A stretch of DNA of 31,240 nt from Desulfotomaculum sp. (GCA_021129815.1 JAJOKN010000115.1:1-31240), one strand, 5' to 3'. Counted from the stretch's first letter, positions 1 to 9,662 are shown. Notes: generated from the letters alone by a model not told the origin. Numbers and translations: made by a program.

Positions 1-282
1 AGAACAATGGTTCCTATACGTCAATTAGGAGAGATTGTAGGAGGTAGTTTTGAATACGATGAAGAAAACAAAAAAATTGTTTTTATATCAAGAGATAAAG
101 AAATAGTTATTTATATTGACAAAGAAGAAGCTTTTATTAATGAAAAGCCAGTACCTTTAGATGTTCCAGCTATGATAATTGATGGTCGAACACTTATGCC
201 GTTACGTTTTGTGGGAGAGGCATTGGATTTTGATGTTGATTACCTTGAAGAAGAAGATATGGGACTAGTGATTCTTAACTAA
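1..282 (+). CDS. Copper amine oxidase N-terminal (stalk) domain protein, 3' part; frame open at the window edge
   Basis: MVPIRQLGE...LDVPAMIIDGRTLMPLRFVGEALDFDV matches the repeated GRTxVPLRFxxE motif of the stalk domain. Confidence 0.7.
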   Translation, partial: RTMVPIRQLGEIVGGSFEYDEENKKIVFISRDKEIVIYIDKEEAFINEKPVPLDVPAMIIDGRTLMPLRFVGEALDFDVDYLEEEDMGLVILN

Positions 283-300
283 TAAAACAGAGATGTTTTG

Positions 301-346
301 GTGTTAAAAGGTACTTGCTATACCTTTTAACACTTATTTGTTTTTT
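301..346 (+). terminator. Rho-independent terminator
   Basis: 13-bp stem GTGTTAAAAGGTA/TACCTTTTAACAC (301-313/321-333) followed by a T-rich tract. Confidence 0.8.
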
Positions 347-578
347 ATATAGATATTGTTTTTAATAAAGATAAATTTTGGGATAAGCTTTAAGATTTAT
401 TTGCAAGAGATAATATGGTTTAGAATTAATGCAGAAAAGTATATGAAAATGAAAGAGGATTGTGTATGGAAAAGATATAGTAAAAATAACAACATGCCCC
501 TGCAAAAGTTGTGTAAAAAATTTGTTGCTGGACTTGCGCAATAGTGCAAGTAATTTATTATTCATGTTAAATGTGTAA

Positions 579-607
579 TTGACAACTCAACATAGTTAAT
601 GTAAAAT
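579..607 (+). promoter_or_regulatory. SigA-type promoter for the tRNA-Arg/tadA/tRNA-Ser/ffs region
   Basis: TTGACA (579-584), 17-nt spacer, TAAAAT (602-607). Confidence 0.75.
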
Positions 608-645
608 ACATTAGGCATGGGGTGTCTATTAGGGTAGGCTTTTAT

Positions 646-721
646 GCCCCCGTAGCTCAGGGGATAGAGCAGCGGTTTCCTAAACCGCGTGTCGGAGGTT
701 CGAGTCCTTCCGGGGGCACCA
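646..721 (+). tRNA. tRNA-Arg(CCT)
   Basis: 76-nt cloverleaf; anticodon arm GCGGT-TTCCTAA-ACCGC; GTTCGAGTC T-loop; encoded CCA. Confidence 0.97.
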
Positions 722-756
722 TGAGTTTTTGATTTTTTGTTTTTAGGGAAGGAAAA

Positions 757-1203
757 GTGGAACATATACATTATATGCGTGTTGCACTTGAGGAGGCAAA
801 AAAAGCATATAGAATTGGAGAAGTGCCCGTGGGGGCGGTGGTTGTTCTTCGTGGAAATATAATAGCTACAGCACATGATTTGCGGGAGTCGCTGAATGAT
901 GCTTCTGCTCATGCAGAACTCTTAGCAATGAGAGAAGCAGCTCAAGTACTTGGTGATTGGCGTTTAAATGATACAACCCTATATGTTACCATTGAACCCT
1001 GTGCTATGTGTGCAGGAGCAATTGTTCAATATAGAGTAGGACGTTTGGTTTATGGTGCGAGAAATGACAAATCGGGTTGTGTAGACAGCGTGCTCAATAT
1101 ATTACAACAACCAAAATTTAACCATAGGGTTGAAGTTATATCAGGTATATTGGAAGAAGAGTGCAAAAGCATTATTAAAGATTTTTTTAGACAAATACGC
1201 TAG
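757..1203 (+). CDS. tadA: tRNA adenosine(34) deaminase
   Basis: EVPVGAV, HAE and EPCAMC zinc/catalytic motifs; 148 aa; GTG start after AGGGAAGG. Confidence 0.95.
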   Translation: MEHIHYMRVALEEAKKAYRIGEVPVGAVVVLRGNIIATAHDLRESLNDASAHAELLAMREAAQVLGDWRLNDTTLYVTIEPCAMCAGAIVQYRVGRLVYGARNDKSGCVDSVLNILQQPKFNHRVEVISGILEEECKSIIKDFFRQIR

Positions 1204-1296
1204 GAGAGATGGCCGAGTTGGTCGAAGGCGCTCGACTCGAAATCGAGTGGGCTGTAAAAAACAGCCTCCAGGGTTCGAATCCCTGTCTCTCCGCCA
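1203..1296 (+). tRNA. tRNA-Ser(CGA)
   Basis: Acceptor stem GGAGAGA/TCTCTCC, discriminator G plus CCA; anticodon arm CTCGA-CTCGAAA-TCGAG; long variable arm. Confidence 0.96.
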
Positions 1297-1339
1297 AGAA
1301 TCTGTGTTTTTATACTTTTTAACTCAAGCTTTGCTACTT

Positions 1340-1431
1340 GGAGAGGTGGCCGAGTGGTTTAAGGCGCACGCCTGGAAAGCGTGTAGGCAGTAAAGCCTGC
1401 CTCCAGGGTTCAAATCCCTGTCTCTCCGCCA
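1340..1431 (+). tRNA. tRNA-Ser(GGA)
   Basis: Acceptor stem GGAGAGG/TCTCTCC plus GCCA; anticodon arm CACGC-CTGGAAA-GCGTG; long variable arm. Confidence 0.96.
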
Positions 1432-1433
1432 TT

Positions 1434-1708
1434 GTGATCGTGCTAGATGGGGAGGTAGCGGTGCCCTGTACCCGCAATCCGCTATAGCGGGGTCGAATGC
1501 CTGCTCGCGGGGGCAGCTTGTAGTGTGGGCTGCTAAAGAGGGGATGTTGATAATCGGGTCTTGCGCGACGCAAGCTCTCGAACCGTGTCAGGTCCTGACG
1601 GAAGCAGCACTAAGGGAGTACTTGCGGGTGTTGCAAGGGTGCCTGATTGGAGTTTCCTCTGGCAGTACCAGCTAGGAGCTGTTTCTCAAAAGCAGGCTGC
1701 ACGATCAC
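1434..1708 (+). ncRNA. ffs: Large (Bacillus/Clostridium-type) SRP RNA with Alu domain
   Basis: Terminal helix GTGATCGTGC/GCACGATCAC; Alu-like GGGAGGTAGCGGTGCCCTGTAC; helix 8 motif GTCAGGTCCTGACGGAAGCAGCAC; usual position upstream of dnaX. Confidence 0.93.
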
Positions 1709-1740
1709 GTTACATATGCAACAATATGTAAAAGCATTTC

Positions 1741-1771
1741 AAAATAGTTCTTACAAGAAGAACTATTTTTT
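1741..1771 (+). terminator. Rho-independent terminator after ffs
   Basis: 12-bp stem AAAATAGTTCTT/AAGAACTATTTT, 5-nt loop, T tract. Confidence 0.8.
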
Positions 1772-1862
1772 ATTTTTCTTAAAAAGGGACAGGTTATTTT
1801 AGTGTAGAAGATGTATATGTTTATAAAATTGTAAAATATATTTTTATTAGGTTGTGATTTTC

Positions 1863-3584
1863 TTGAGTCATTATCAAGCACTGTATAGAAAGTATAGACC
1901 TAAAAAATTCAATGACATTGCAGGACAGCAGCATATTATACGTACGCTTAAGAATGCTGTTTTGAATAATCGGATAAGTCATGCATATATATTTTGCGGA
2001 CCAAGAGGTACTGGTAAAACAACTACGGCTAAAGTATTAGCAAAAGCTTTAAATTGTATAAATTTGCAAGATGCAGAACCGTGTAACTTGTGCAAGAATT
2101 GTGCAGCTGCAAATAGTGGTGCTAGCTTGGATATAATTGAAATAGATGCTGCATCAAATCGCGGTATTGAAGATATAAGAGAACTGCGTGAAGAAGTTAA
2201 ATATTCTCCTGTGGGAGGCAGGTACCGCATTTATATAATAGACGAAGTGCACATGTTGACTATTGAAGCATTTAACGCGCTGCTTAAGACGCTTGAAGAG
2301 CCTCCTGAGCATGTGATTTTTATACTAGCTACAACTGAACCGCAAAAAGTACCGCCGACCATCTTATCCAGATGCCAGAGGTTTGATTTCAGACGTATCA
2401 GTGTAGAAGACATGTTGAAGAGATTGAAATATGTAGCACAGGACATGGGAATTAATGCGAACGATGAAGTTCTTAGAGTTATCGTTGACTTTGCTGAAGG
2501 TGGGCTTAGGGATGCACTTAGCATTTTGGAGCAATGTTCTGTGTTTGGACAGGGCAACGTTACATTGGAAAACATATACACCATGTTAGGAGTAGTGGAT
2601 AAAAAGAACTTAAAAAATATGACAGCTTATTTGTTAAGAGGAGATGCAAAAGGAGCTTTAGAATTAATTGATGAGCTTTTTAAACAAGGTAAAGATTTGA
2701 GGTTGTTTGTAAAGGAGCTATGTGAATACTTAAGAAAGTTATTATTGTATTTAATTTCAAAAAATGCAGATTTAGATGGTTCAGCTATTTATGTAAAAGA
2801 GGATGTATTGGATTTAGGCTTAAATACAAATAGTGACTTAATAAATATTGTTAAAATTATTGAAAAATTAGCTCGTTTAGAATATGATATGAAATGGAGT
2901 TCACAGCCCAAATTATTCTTAGAATTAGCAGTTATCGATGTTATTATAGGTAATTCTGGTAAAGAAAATTCTACTAGCTTGCAAACTGAAGAAAATGCCA
3001 TGCTTTCTTGTGAAACTTTAAGTAAGCGTAGAACAAGTGAGTGCAGTATAATTGGTAGATCTGAAACAAAAGAAATAAGCACAAGTAAACCTAAAATACC
3101 TAACACTGCGATTGGAGGACCGTTGAAACAAAACTTGCAAGTTGATGCAGGTGAGGAAGACACACGTGCTATAAGCGATGAAAGCGAAGGGGTTGTGAAA
3201 AATAATAAAGATAATGAAGAAAACAAAGACTTTTCTGAAGAAGTTTTGAAAAATAAATGGGAGGAAATTTTAAACCAAGCAAAAAAAATTAAGCTGCCAG
3301 CTTATGGTTTCTTTAGAGAAGCAGAAGTAGTCAGTGTGTCTTTAAAAGATGCAAGTGCTATGCTTACAGTTGGATTTAAACCTAAGTATTCTAAATTTCA
3401 TAAGGTAATGGCTGAAAAAGAAGAAAACAAAAATGTTTTATCAAAAGCGCTTTCAAAAGTATTAGGTGGTGCTTGGAGTATAAATATAACTGATATTGAT
3501 GATAAACAGCTTTTAGAAAAGAATAATATACTTGTAAAAGAAGCAATAAAATTTTTTGGTAAAGATAAGGTAGAGATTGATTAA
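1863..3584 (+). CDS. dnaX: DNA polymerase III subunit gamma/tau
   Basis: ALYRKYRP, Walker A GPRGTGKT, zinc CxxCxxC, DEVHML, SRC motif. TTG 1863 preferred as start; GTG 1854 is the alternative. Confidence 0.96.
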   Translation: MSHYQALYRKYRPKKFNDIAGQQHIIRTLKNAVLNNRISHAYIFCGPRGTGKTTTAKVLAKALNCINLQDAEPCNLCKNCAAANSGASLDIIEIDAASNRGIEDIRELREEVKYSPVGGRYRIYIIDEVHMLTIEAFNALLKTLEEPPEHVIFILATTEPQKVPPTILSRCQRFDFRRISVEDMLKRLKYVAQDMGINANDEVLRVIVDFAEGGLRDALSILEQCSVFGQGNVTLENIYTMLGVVDKKNLKNMTAYLLRGDAKGALELIDELFKQGKDLRLFVKELCEYLRKLLLYLISKNADLDGSAIYVKEDVLDLGLNTNSDLINIVKIIEKLARLEYDMKWSSQPKLFLELAVIDVIIGNSGKENSTSLQTEENAMLSCETLSKRRTSECSIIGRSETKEISTSKPKIPNTAIGGPLKQNLQVDAGEEDTRAISDESEGVVKNNKDNEENKDFSEEVLKNKWEEILNQAKKIKLPAYGFFREAEVVSVSLKDASAMLTVGFKPKYSKFHKVMAEKEENKNVLSKALSKVLGGAWSINITDIDDKQLLEKNNILVKEAIKFFGKDKVEID

Positions 3585-3607
3585 ATTATTTTAGGAGGAG
3601 ATAAGTT

Positions 3608-3925
3608 ATGTTTGGTGGCAACATGAATAAGATGATGAAGCAGGTACAAAAAATACAACAGGATATAGCTAAAATGCAAGAAGAATTAGCTAATCGCACG
3701 GTGGAGAGCACTGCAGGTGGTGGAGCAGTGAAAGTGGTGGCTAATGGGCGCCAAGAACTCGTGAAAATAGAGATTAAGCCAGAAGCAGTGGATCCTGAAG
3801 ACATAGAAATGCTGCAAGATTTGGTGTTAGCAGCTGCAAATGAAGCACTGCGCAAGAGTCAAGAAATGGCAGCCAATGAAATGAGCAAAATAACAGGTGG
3901 AATAAAAATTCCTGGAATGTTTTAA
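3608..3925 (+). CDS. ybaB: YbaB/EbfC nucleoid-associated protein
   Basis: MMKQVQKIQ...AGGGAVKV...[12 protein letters not shown]; lies between dnaX and recR. Confidence 0.93.
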   Translation: MFGGNMNKMMKQVQKIQQDIAKMQEELANRTVESTAGGGAVKVVANGRQELVKIEIKPEAVDPEDIEMLQDLVLAAANEALRKSQEMAANEMSKITGGIKIPGMF

Positions 3926-3931
3926 AGGTTT

Positions 3932-4537
3932 ATGAAGCATATTATATCGCCTGTTGATCGTCTGGCAGAAGAGTTATCAAAACTTCCTGGAATAGGTATA
4001 AAAACTGCACGGAGAATAGCTTTTTACTTGCTGAATGAACCATCTCAAGTGGCAAAGAACTTGGCAAGTGTAATATTGGAGGCGCGCAGTGCAATTAAAT
4101 ATTGCAGTATTTGTGGCAATCTCACAGAAAAAGATCCGTGCAGCGTCTGTAGCGATCCTGCTAGGGATAAGGGTGTGATCTGTGTAGTTGAGTATCCAAA
4201 GGACTTCATAGCAATTGAAAAAACAGGTCAGTTCAGTGGAGTATATCATGTGTTGCACGGGACGCTATCTCCTATGGAAGGCATAGGTGTAGATGATTTA
4301 AACATAAAGAATTTAATCAAAAGATTAAAGCAAGGAAAGGTAAAAGAAGTTATTTTAGCTATGAGTTCCACTGTTGAAGGAGATACTACAGCTATGTATT
4401 TGTCTCGCTTGCTAAAGGACTTTAAAGTAAAAGTTACTCGTTTAGCATATGGCATACCTGTAGGTGTGGATTTAGAATATACAGATGAGTACACCTTGAG
4501 CAAAGCGCTTATGGGCAGACATGAAGTAGATGAATAA
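3932..4537 (+). CDS. recR: Recombination mediator RecR
   Basis: LPGIGxKTAxR HhH motif, C4 zinc finger, YHVLHGTLSP Toprim, GxDLEY. Confidence 0.97.
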   Translation: MKHIISPVDRLAEELSKLPGIGIKTARRIAFYLLNEPSQVAKNLASVILEARSAIKYCSICGNLTEKDPCSVCSDPARDKGVICVVEYPKDFIAIEKTGQFSGVYHVLHGTLSPMEGIGVDDLNIKNLIKRLKQGKVKEVILAMSSTVEGDTTAMYLSRLLKDFKVKVTRLAYGIPVGVDLEYTDEYTLSKALMGRHEVDE

Positions 4538-4686
4538 AAGCCTTGATTTAGCTTAAGCATAAAAGTTTGCGGTTAGGGTTTGCAAGTGTTATTCCAAAAG
4601 TTATCTTAATATCAATTTTTTAGAATAAATGTGTAATTTTAGATATAAAATATAAGAAGCAATATTTTGATTTAAGGAGGGTGGGT

Positions 4687-4950
4687 ATGGAGTGGACAAC
4701 AGTTTTAATAATATTGGGAGCAATAATTGGGTTGTATTTTATAAAAATGGTGGTTTTTAAGCCGATTAAACTTATTTTTAAGTTATTTATTTGGTTTGTT
4801 ATTGGTGTTTTTCTCATTATGTTAGTCAATTTTGTGTTAGGAAGTTTTGGGATACATATACCGCTCAATCCACTCACTATATTTATTGCAGGCATACTGC
4901 AAATTCCAGGAATAATATTGATCTTATTGATGAATATTATGTTGGCATAA
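4687..4950 (+). CDS. bofA: Pro-sigmaK processing inhibitor BofA family membrane protein
   Basis: 87-aa hydrophobic protein with LNPLT...GILQIPG C-terminal motif; AAGGAGG SD; follows recR as in sporulating Bacillota. Confidence 0.75.
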   Translation: MEWTTVLIILGAIIGLYFIKMVVFKPIKLIFKLFIWFVIGVFLIMLVNFVLGSFGIHIPLNPLTIFIAGILQIPGIILILLMNIMLA

Positions 4951-4968
4951 TAAGGTTACATTTCTTTA

Positions 4969-4992
4969 GGCGCTTTTTAGGCGCCGTTTTTT
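4969..4992 (+). terminator. Probable Rho-independent terminator
   Basis: GGCGC/GCGCC stem followed by GTTTTTT. Confidence 0.55.
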
Positions 4993-5091
4993 ATTTTATG
5001 GCATATAGTATTTAGAGTATCGAAGTGATATTTAATGTTTTAAATTGTCTGATATTTGCTATAATACATTTAAAGCGAGGTAAGTAAAAAT

Positions 5092-5262
5092 ATGGAAGAA
5101 AATGAATATTTATATGAATGTTTAAAAAAGATGTGTATTAAATACAAAGGAATTTTAATTATGGGGAATTTTATATGTTTTGAGTGTGAGCGTGAGATTG
5201 TTAAAGTCAGTTGCGATGATACAAAATACAAACATTATAAAAAGATATGGAAAAGTTTATAA
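5092..5262 (+). CDS. csfB: Anti-sigma factor Gin/CsfB family (56 aa, not in the ORF track)
   Basis: MEENEYLYECLKKMCIKYKGILIMGNFICFECEREIVKVSCDDTKYKHYKKIWKSL; GIxIxGxFICxxCERxIV motif; GAGG SD; upstream of the yaaO-like gene and tmk. Confidence 0.8.
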   Translation: MEENEYLYECLKKMCIKYKGILIMGNFICFECEREIVKVSCDDTKYKHYKKIWKSL

Positions 5263-5291
5263 ATTTAAAATTTGTGTAAAGGTGATTTGCT

Positions 5292-6755
5292 TTGAACCAA
5301 TTAGATATGCCGCTTATAGATGCTTTAAAGGAATATTGTGATAAAAATAAAATAGCTTTTCACATACCTGCACACCGTCAAGGCAAAAGCATATCGAATG
5401 CAATGGTGGATTTGGGCAAAGAGATTTTTAAGTACGATTTGACAGAAGTTCATGGTTTGGATGACTTGCATTCTCCTAAAGGAGTTATAGCGCAGGCGCA
5501 AAAGCTTGCAGCAAGGGCTTTTGGGAGTAAAGAGAGTTATTTTTTAGTAAATGGCTCATCTTCTGGCATTGAAGCGATGATTTTATCTGTTTGCTCTAAA
5601 GAAGAAGATATTTTGCTGGTGCCGAGGCATGCACATCGTTCAGTGCTGTCTGGCATCATATTGAGCGGCGCATTTCCTGTATATATATACCCTGAAATTA
5701 TAGATGAGTTTAACATTGCAGGCTTTGTTTCAATAGAAGAGGTAAAGAAAGAGCTGGAGTATTACGAAAATGTTAAAGCTATATTTATGTTGACTCCTAC
5801 CTACTATGGGATAGCAACGTGCTTAGATGAGCTTTCTACAGTTGCTCACAAAAAAGAAATTCCGCTGCTTGTGGATGAAGCACACGGCGCTCATTTTTAT
5901 TTCAATGATTCTATGCCAAAAGGCGCTTTGAAGAGCGGGGCAGACTTAGTTGTTCAAAGCCTGCATAAAACGGCCAGCGCACTGACGCAGGCTTCTATAC
6001 TGCATTTGAACTCGAATAGAATAAATATAAATAAGCTTAAGTGGTGCTTGCAGATGCTTCAAACCACAAGCCCTTCGTATATTTTGATGGCTTCTTTAGA
6101 TGCAGCGCGCAATTATATGGTTGTAAAGGGAAGGGATTTGTTGGCAAAATCTCTTGAGGTTGCAAGAAAACTTAGAAAAAAGTTATCCAGCATAAAAGGA
6201 ATTGAAATTTTAAGTCATCATCACTTGAAAAACTATGATATACTTTCATTAGATGAAACCAGAATTGTGATAAAGGTAACGGGCATAGGAATTACAGGGT
6301 ATCAAACAGCAGAGCTGTTGTCGGAAGATTATAACATAGAGGTAGAAATGGCAGATAGTTGCAACATTGTTGTGCTGTTGGGACTCGATGCATCGTTTGA
6401 TGATGCAGATGCTCTGTATAGAGCTCTTTTGGATATAAAAGAGCGTTTTTCCACATTTAAAGCAAAAAGCATGCCAAAAATTATGAGGCTGCCAAAGCCT
6501 GTAGTTGTCATTACACCTCGAAAAGCTTTTATGTCATCTAGCAAAACAGTAGCTTTAGAAGAGTCTTTAGGAGAAGTGAGCGCTTGCAGCATAGCTGTAT
6601 ATCCGCCGGGCATCCCTGCGATATGCCCTGGAGAAATTATAACTGAAGAAGTGCTGGAATATTTGTTGGAAGTGCGAGAAAGAGGGCTTCACATACAGTG
6701 TTCGTGCGACAGTACGTTAAAAACAATAGATATAGTTGAAGAGGGAGAATTGTAA
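5292..6755 (+). CDS. Orn/Lys/Arg decarboxylase family PLP enzyme (YaaO-like)
   Basis: FHIPAH, DLTEVHGLDDLH, VDEAHGAH, PLP-lysine QSLHK, YPPGIP. Confidence 0.9.
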   Translation: MNQLDMPLIDALKEYCDKNKIAFHIPAHRQGKSISNAMVDLGKEIFKYDLTEVHGLDDLHSPKGVIAQAQKLAARAFGSKESYFLVNGSSSGIEAMILSVCSKEEDILLVPRHAHRSVLSGIILSGAFPVYIYPEIIDEFNIAGFVSIEEVKKELEYYENVKAIFMLTPTYYGIATCLDELSTVAHKKEIPLLVDEAHGAHFYFNDSMPKGALKSGADLVVQSLHKTASALTQASILHLNSNRININKLKWCLQMLQTTSPSYILMASLDAARNYMVVKGRDLLAKSLEVARKLRKKLSSIKGIEILSHHHLKNYDILSLDETRIVIKVTGIGITGYQTAELLSEDYNIEVEMADSCNIVVLLGLDASFDDADALYRALLDIKERFSTFKAKSMPKIMRLPKPVVVITPRKAFMSSSKTVALEESLGEVSACSIAVYPPGIPAICPGEIITEEVLEYLLEVRERGLHIQCSCDSTLKTIDIVEEGEL

Positions 6756-6757
6756 AC

Positions 6758-7378
6758 TTGAATGGAAAACTTATAGTTCTAGAAGGGATAGATGGATGCG
6801 GGAAAACAACGCAGTGCCATTTATTAAAAGATTATTTTATGAAAAAAGGTTATAAAACGGTGTATACTAGAGAACCGGGAGGCACTTTTATAGGCGAACA
6901 AATACGCAATATATTGCTTGATGCCAAGAATTCCAATATGTGTCGAGGTTGTGAAGTTTTTTTATACGCAGCTGCTCGAGCGCAGTTAGTAGCTGAGAAA
7001 ATAAAGCCTTCACTGCAAAAAGGAGAACTGGTTATTTGTGACCGCTTTGTTGATTCTACGCTGGCGTATCAAGGATATGGACGAGGCATTTCGCTTGAGC
7101 TCTTAAATCAAGTAAACTCCTTTGCCACAAACGGACTGATGCCTGATTTAGTTATAGTTTTGGATTTGAGCGTAGAAGAAAGTTTGAAAAGGCTTAAGAA
7201 AAGGTCTTGCGGCAGCGATCGTCTAGAAAGAGAAAACATGCTGTTTTATGAGAGCGTTCGCAAAGGCTATTTAGATATAGCAAGGTCGAAAAATACTCAT
7301 GTTGTGCTGGATGCTTCACTGTCGATAGCTGAGCTGCATGAACGCATTTTATCAGTAGTGGAGGAGAGGCTTTTTTGA
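6758..7378 (+). CDS. tmk: Thymidylate kinase
   Basis: EGIDGCGKTTQ P-loop, TREPGG, CDRF. Confidence 0.97.
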   Translation: MNGKLIVLEGIDGCGKTTQCHLLKDYFMKKGYKTVYTREPGGTFIGEQIRNILLDAKNSNMCRGCEVFLYAAARAQLVAEKIKPSLQKGELVICDRFVDSTLAYQGYGRGISLELLNQVNSFATNGLMPDLVIVLDLSVEESLKRLKKRSCGSDRLERENMLFYESVRKGYLDIARSKNTHVVLDASLSIAELHERILSVVEERLF

Positions 7379-8379
7379 ATCAAATCATCGGTCATAGCCA
7401 AAATATTCACATGCTTAAAAAAGCTTTTTTTAGCGAAAAACTTTCGCATGCGTATTTATTTTCAGGGATTGAAGGAATAGGTAAAAGAACAGTTGCCAAA
7501 GCTTTTACTAAGCTTTGCTTATGTGAAAGCATAGAATCAGGAAAGCCATGTAACAGATGTATGAGTTGTATTCAGGTAGAAAAAGAAACACATCCAGATT
7601 TTTTTGTTATACGCTCAACTGGTTCAACTATAAAAATTGAACAAATACATCAGCTGCAAAAAAACATACAGCGCACTCCCTATCGTGGGAAGCGAAAAAT
7701 TGTGATAATTGAAAACTGCGATGTCATGACTAATGAAGCAGCAAACGCTTTGCTAAAGACATTGGAAGAGCCTTTAGGGTGGACTGTTTTTATTTTAACA
7801 TCTTCAAGACTGCATGCTGTTAAACCTACCATAAAGTCGCGATGCCAAAATTTATGGTTTAGGCGTTTAAGCTACAAACAGGTGATAGAAGGGATAAAGC
7901 GCTATGCTAAAAAAGACATACCAAGCGAATATCAGCACGTTGTAGCGTGCATGTCTTACGGCAGCCTCGGCAGGGCGCTTAAACTCTTGAATAAAGATTT
8001 TGAAAAAATGAGGATTGAAAGTTTAAAATTTTTAAAGCATATAAAAGAAAATTTAAGCATTACAAAGCTAATTATGTATTCATCTGAATTAGCTGCAAAA
8101 AAAGAAACTGTTAGTGATAAAATAGAGATATTTTGGATGTGGTTTAGAGATCTGATGATATGGAAGCTTACTGGAAATGAAGGCTTAATAGTGAACATCG
8201 ATGTTTTAGAAGATGTAAAAGCTTGTGCGAATGAATATACAATAGAAAGTCTAAATGCTATTACAAAGAATGCTGTAGATGTTTTAAAAGGGTTAGAAAG
8301 TAAAGGAAATGTCAGGCTATTATTAGATGCTTTTTTTTTAAATTTGTATGAGGTGCTGTCTTTTGATGAAAGGGGGTAA
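7375..8379 (+). CDS. holB: DNA polymerase III subunit delta'
   Basis: HAYLF, zinc CxxCxxC, HPDF, ANALLKTLEEP, TIKSRCQ; follows tmk. Confidence 0.93.
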   Translation: MNQIIGHSQNIHMLKKAFFSEKLSHAYLFSGIEGIGKRTVAKAFTKLCLCESIESGKPCNRCMSCIQVEKETHPDFFVIRSTGSTIKIEQIHQLQKNIQRTPYRGKRKIVIIENCDVMTNEAANALLKTLEEPLGWTVFILTSSRLHAVKPTIKSRCQNLWFRRLSYKQVIEGIKRYAKKDIPSEYQHVVACMSYGSLGRALKLLNKDFEKMRIESLKFLKHIKENLSITKLIMYSSELAAKKETVSDKIEIFWMWFRDLMIWKLTGNEGLIVNIDVLEDVKACANEYTIESLNAITKNAVDVLKGLESKGNVRLLLDAFFLNLYEVLSFDERG

Positions 8380-8385
8380 GAAAAA

Positions 8386-9228
8386 ATGGTTTTTAGAGTA
8401 GTTGGGGTTCGATTCAAAAGGGCGTATAAAATATATTATTTTGACCCGGGTGATTTGGATTTAAAAGTTGGAGACAAAGTCATAGTAGAAACAGCTCGGG
8501 GCATAGAGTGCGGGTATGTTGTGCATGGAATTACTGAAAAAAAGGAAGAAGATTTAGTCATGCCTCTTAAGAAAGTATTGAGAAAAGCAAATGCTGAAGA
8601 TGAGGAAAAACTTAAGGATAATGAAAAGCATTTGAAATATGCTTATAATATAGCGCTAAAAAAGATCGCAAAGCATGGGCTGCCGATGAAGCTCATTGAT
8701 GTGGAAAAGACACTGGATGGCAGCAAGATAATTTTTTATTTTACGGCTGATGGACGTATTGATTTTAGAGAGCTGGTAAGAGATTTAGCAGCTGTCTTTA
8801 AAACGCGCATAGAGTTAAGACAGATAGGAGTCCGCGATGAGGCGAAGATGGTTGGTGGGATAGGATGCTGCGGTAGAGAACTCTGCTGCGCGTCATGGCT
8901 TACAGATTTTATACCTGTATCAATTCGCATGGCAAAGGAACAAAATTTATCTTTAAATCCTACTAAAATATCCGGAGTATGTGGGCGGCTCATGTGTTGC
9001 TTGAATTATGAGAACGAAATATATGAAGATGCTAAAAAACAATTTCCTGAAATAGGGACAAGGGTTGAAAGTTTAAATGGAAAAGGACAAGTTATAGATT
9101 TTAATATTTTTAAGAATACGGTTACTGTAGAATTAGATGACACCAAAAGCACGATAGAAGTACCTTTGAAAGAGATAAAGATATTAGAAGAAAGCGCTCC
9201 GCAAACGAGGGATGAGGAAGTGTTGTAA
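8386..9228 (+). CDS. ricT: PSP1-domain regulatory Fe-S protein RicT/YaaT
   Basis: DFRELVRDLA, RIELRQIGVRDEAK, GCCGRELCC, KISGVCGRLMCCL. Confidence 0.93.
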   Translation: MVFRVVGVRFKRAYKIYYFDPGDLDLKVGDKVIVETARGIECGYVVHGITEKKEEDLVMPLKKVLRKANAEDEEKLKDNEKHLKYAYNIALKKIAKHGLPMKLIDVEKTLDGSKIIFYFTADGRIDFRELVRDLAAVFKTRIELRQIGVRDEAKMVGGIGCCGRELCCASWLTDFIPVSIRMAKEQNLSLNPTKISGVCGRLMCCLNYENEIYEDAKKQFPEIGTRVESLNGKGQVIDFNIFKNTVTVELDDTKSTIEVPLKEIKILEESAPQTRDEEVL

Positions 9229-9332
9229 AATTATTGAAGAAAAAAATAGAAGACTTATCGGCGAAGTGGTCAAAATTTATAATTTAAAAGTATTCTTGCA
9301 AAAAAATTGAGCCGATAGAATAAAACCGTAGG

Positions 9333-9662
9333 ATGAAGGTGATGAACTTGCTTTCCGCCAGGATTGCTAGATTAGAATTCAAAATAAAAGAACTGTTGGA
9401 TGAGCTGGAAGAAATAAAAAAAACTGCACGACTAATAGAACAAGAAAATGAACATTTGCGAAAAGAGCTCGCTTTGAATATGCCTTGCAATGCAAACGAT
9501 ACAAAGGATTTTGGGCACAACCATTCGCTGATACGCTTGTATGATGAAGGATTTCATATATGCAATGTAAAGTTTGCTAAGAAGAGGGAAAAAGAGTGTT
9601 TGTTTTGTACAAGTTTGTTGATGCGAGTTAAGGGTGGGGATGAAAAAGGTGATAACGAGTGA
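9333..9662 (+). CDS. yabA: Replication initiation control protein YabA family (start uncertain: 9333, 9342 or 9348)
   Basis: N-terminal coiled coil (ENEHLRKEL) and C-terminal zinc motif [10 protein letters not shown]...CLFC; follows ricT. Confidence 0.85.
   Translation: MKVMNLLSARIARLEFKIKELLDELEEIKKTARLIEQENEHLRKELALNMPCNANDTKDFGHNHSLIRLYDEGFHICNVKFAKKREKECLFCTSLLMRVKGGDEKGDNE

Noticed and set aside
356-565. Short ORFs 356-544 (+) and 362-565 (-)
   Set aside because: No recognisable motif or SD; consistent with chance ORFs in an AT-rich spacer.
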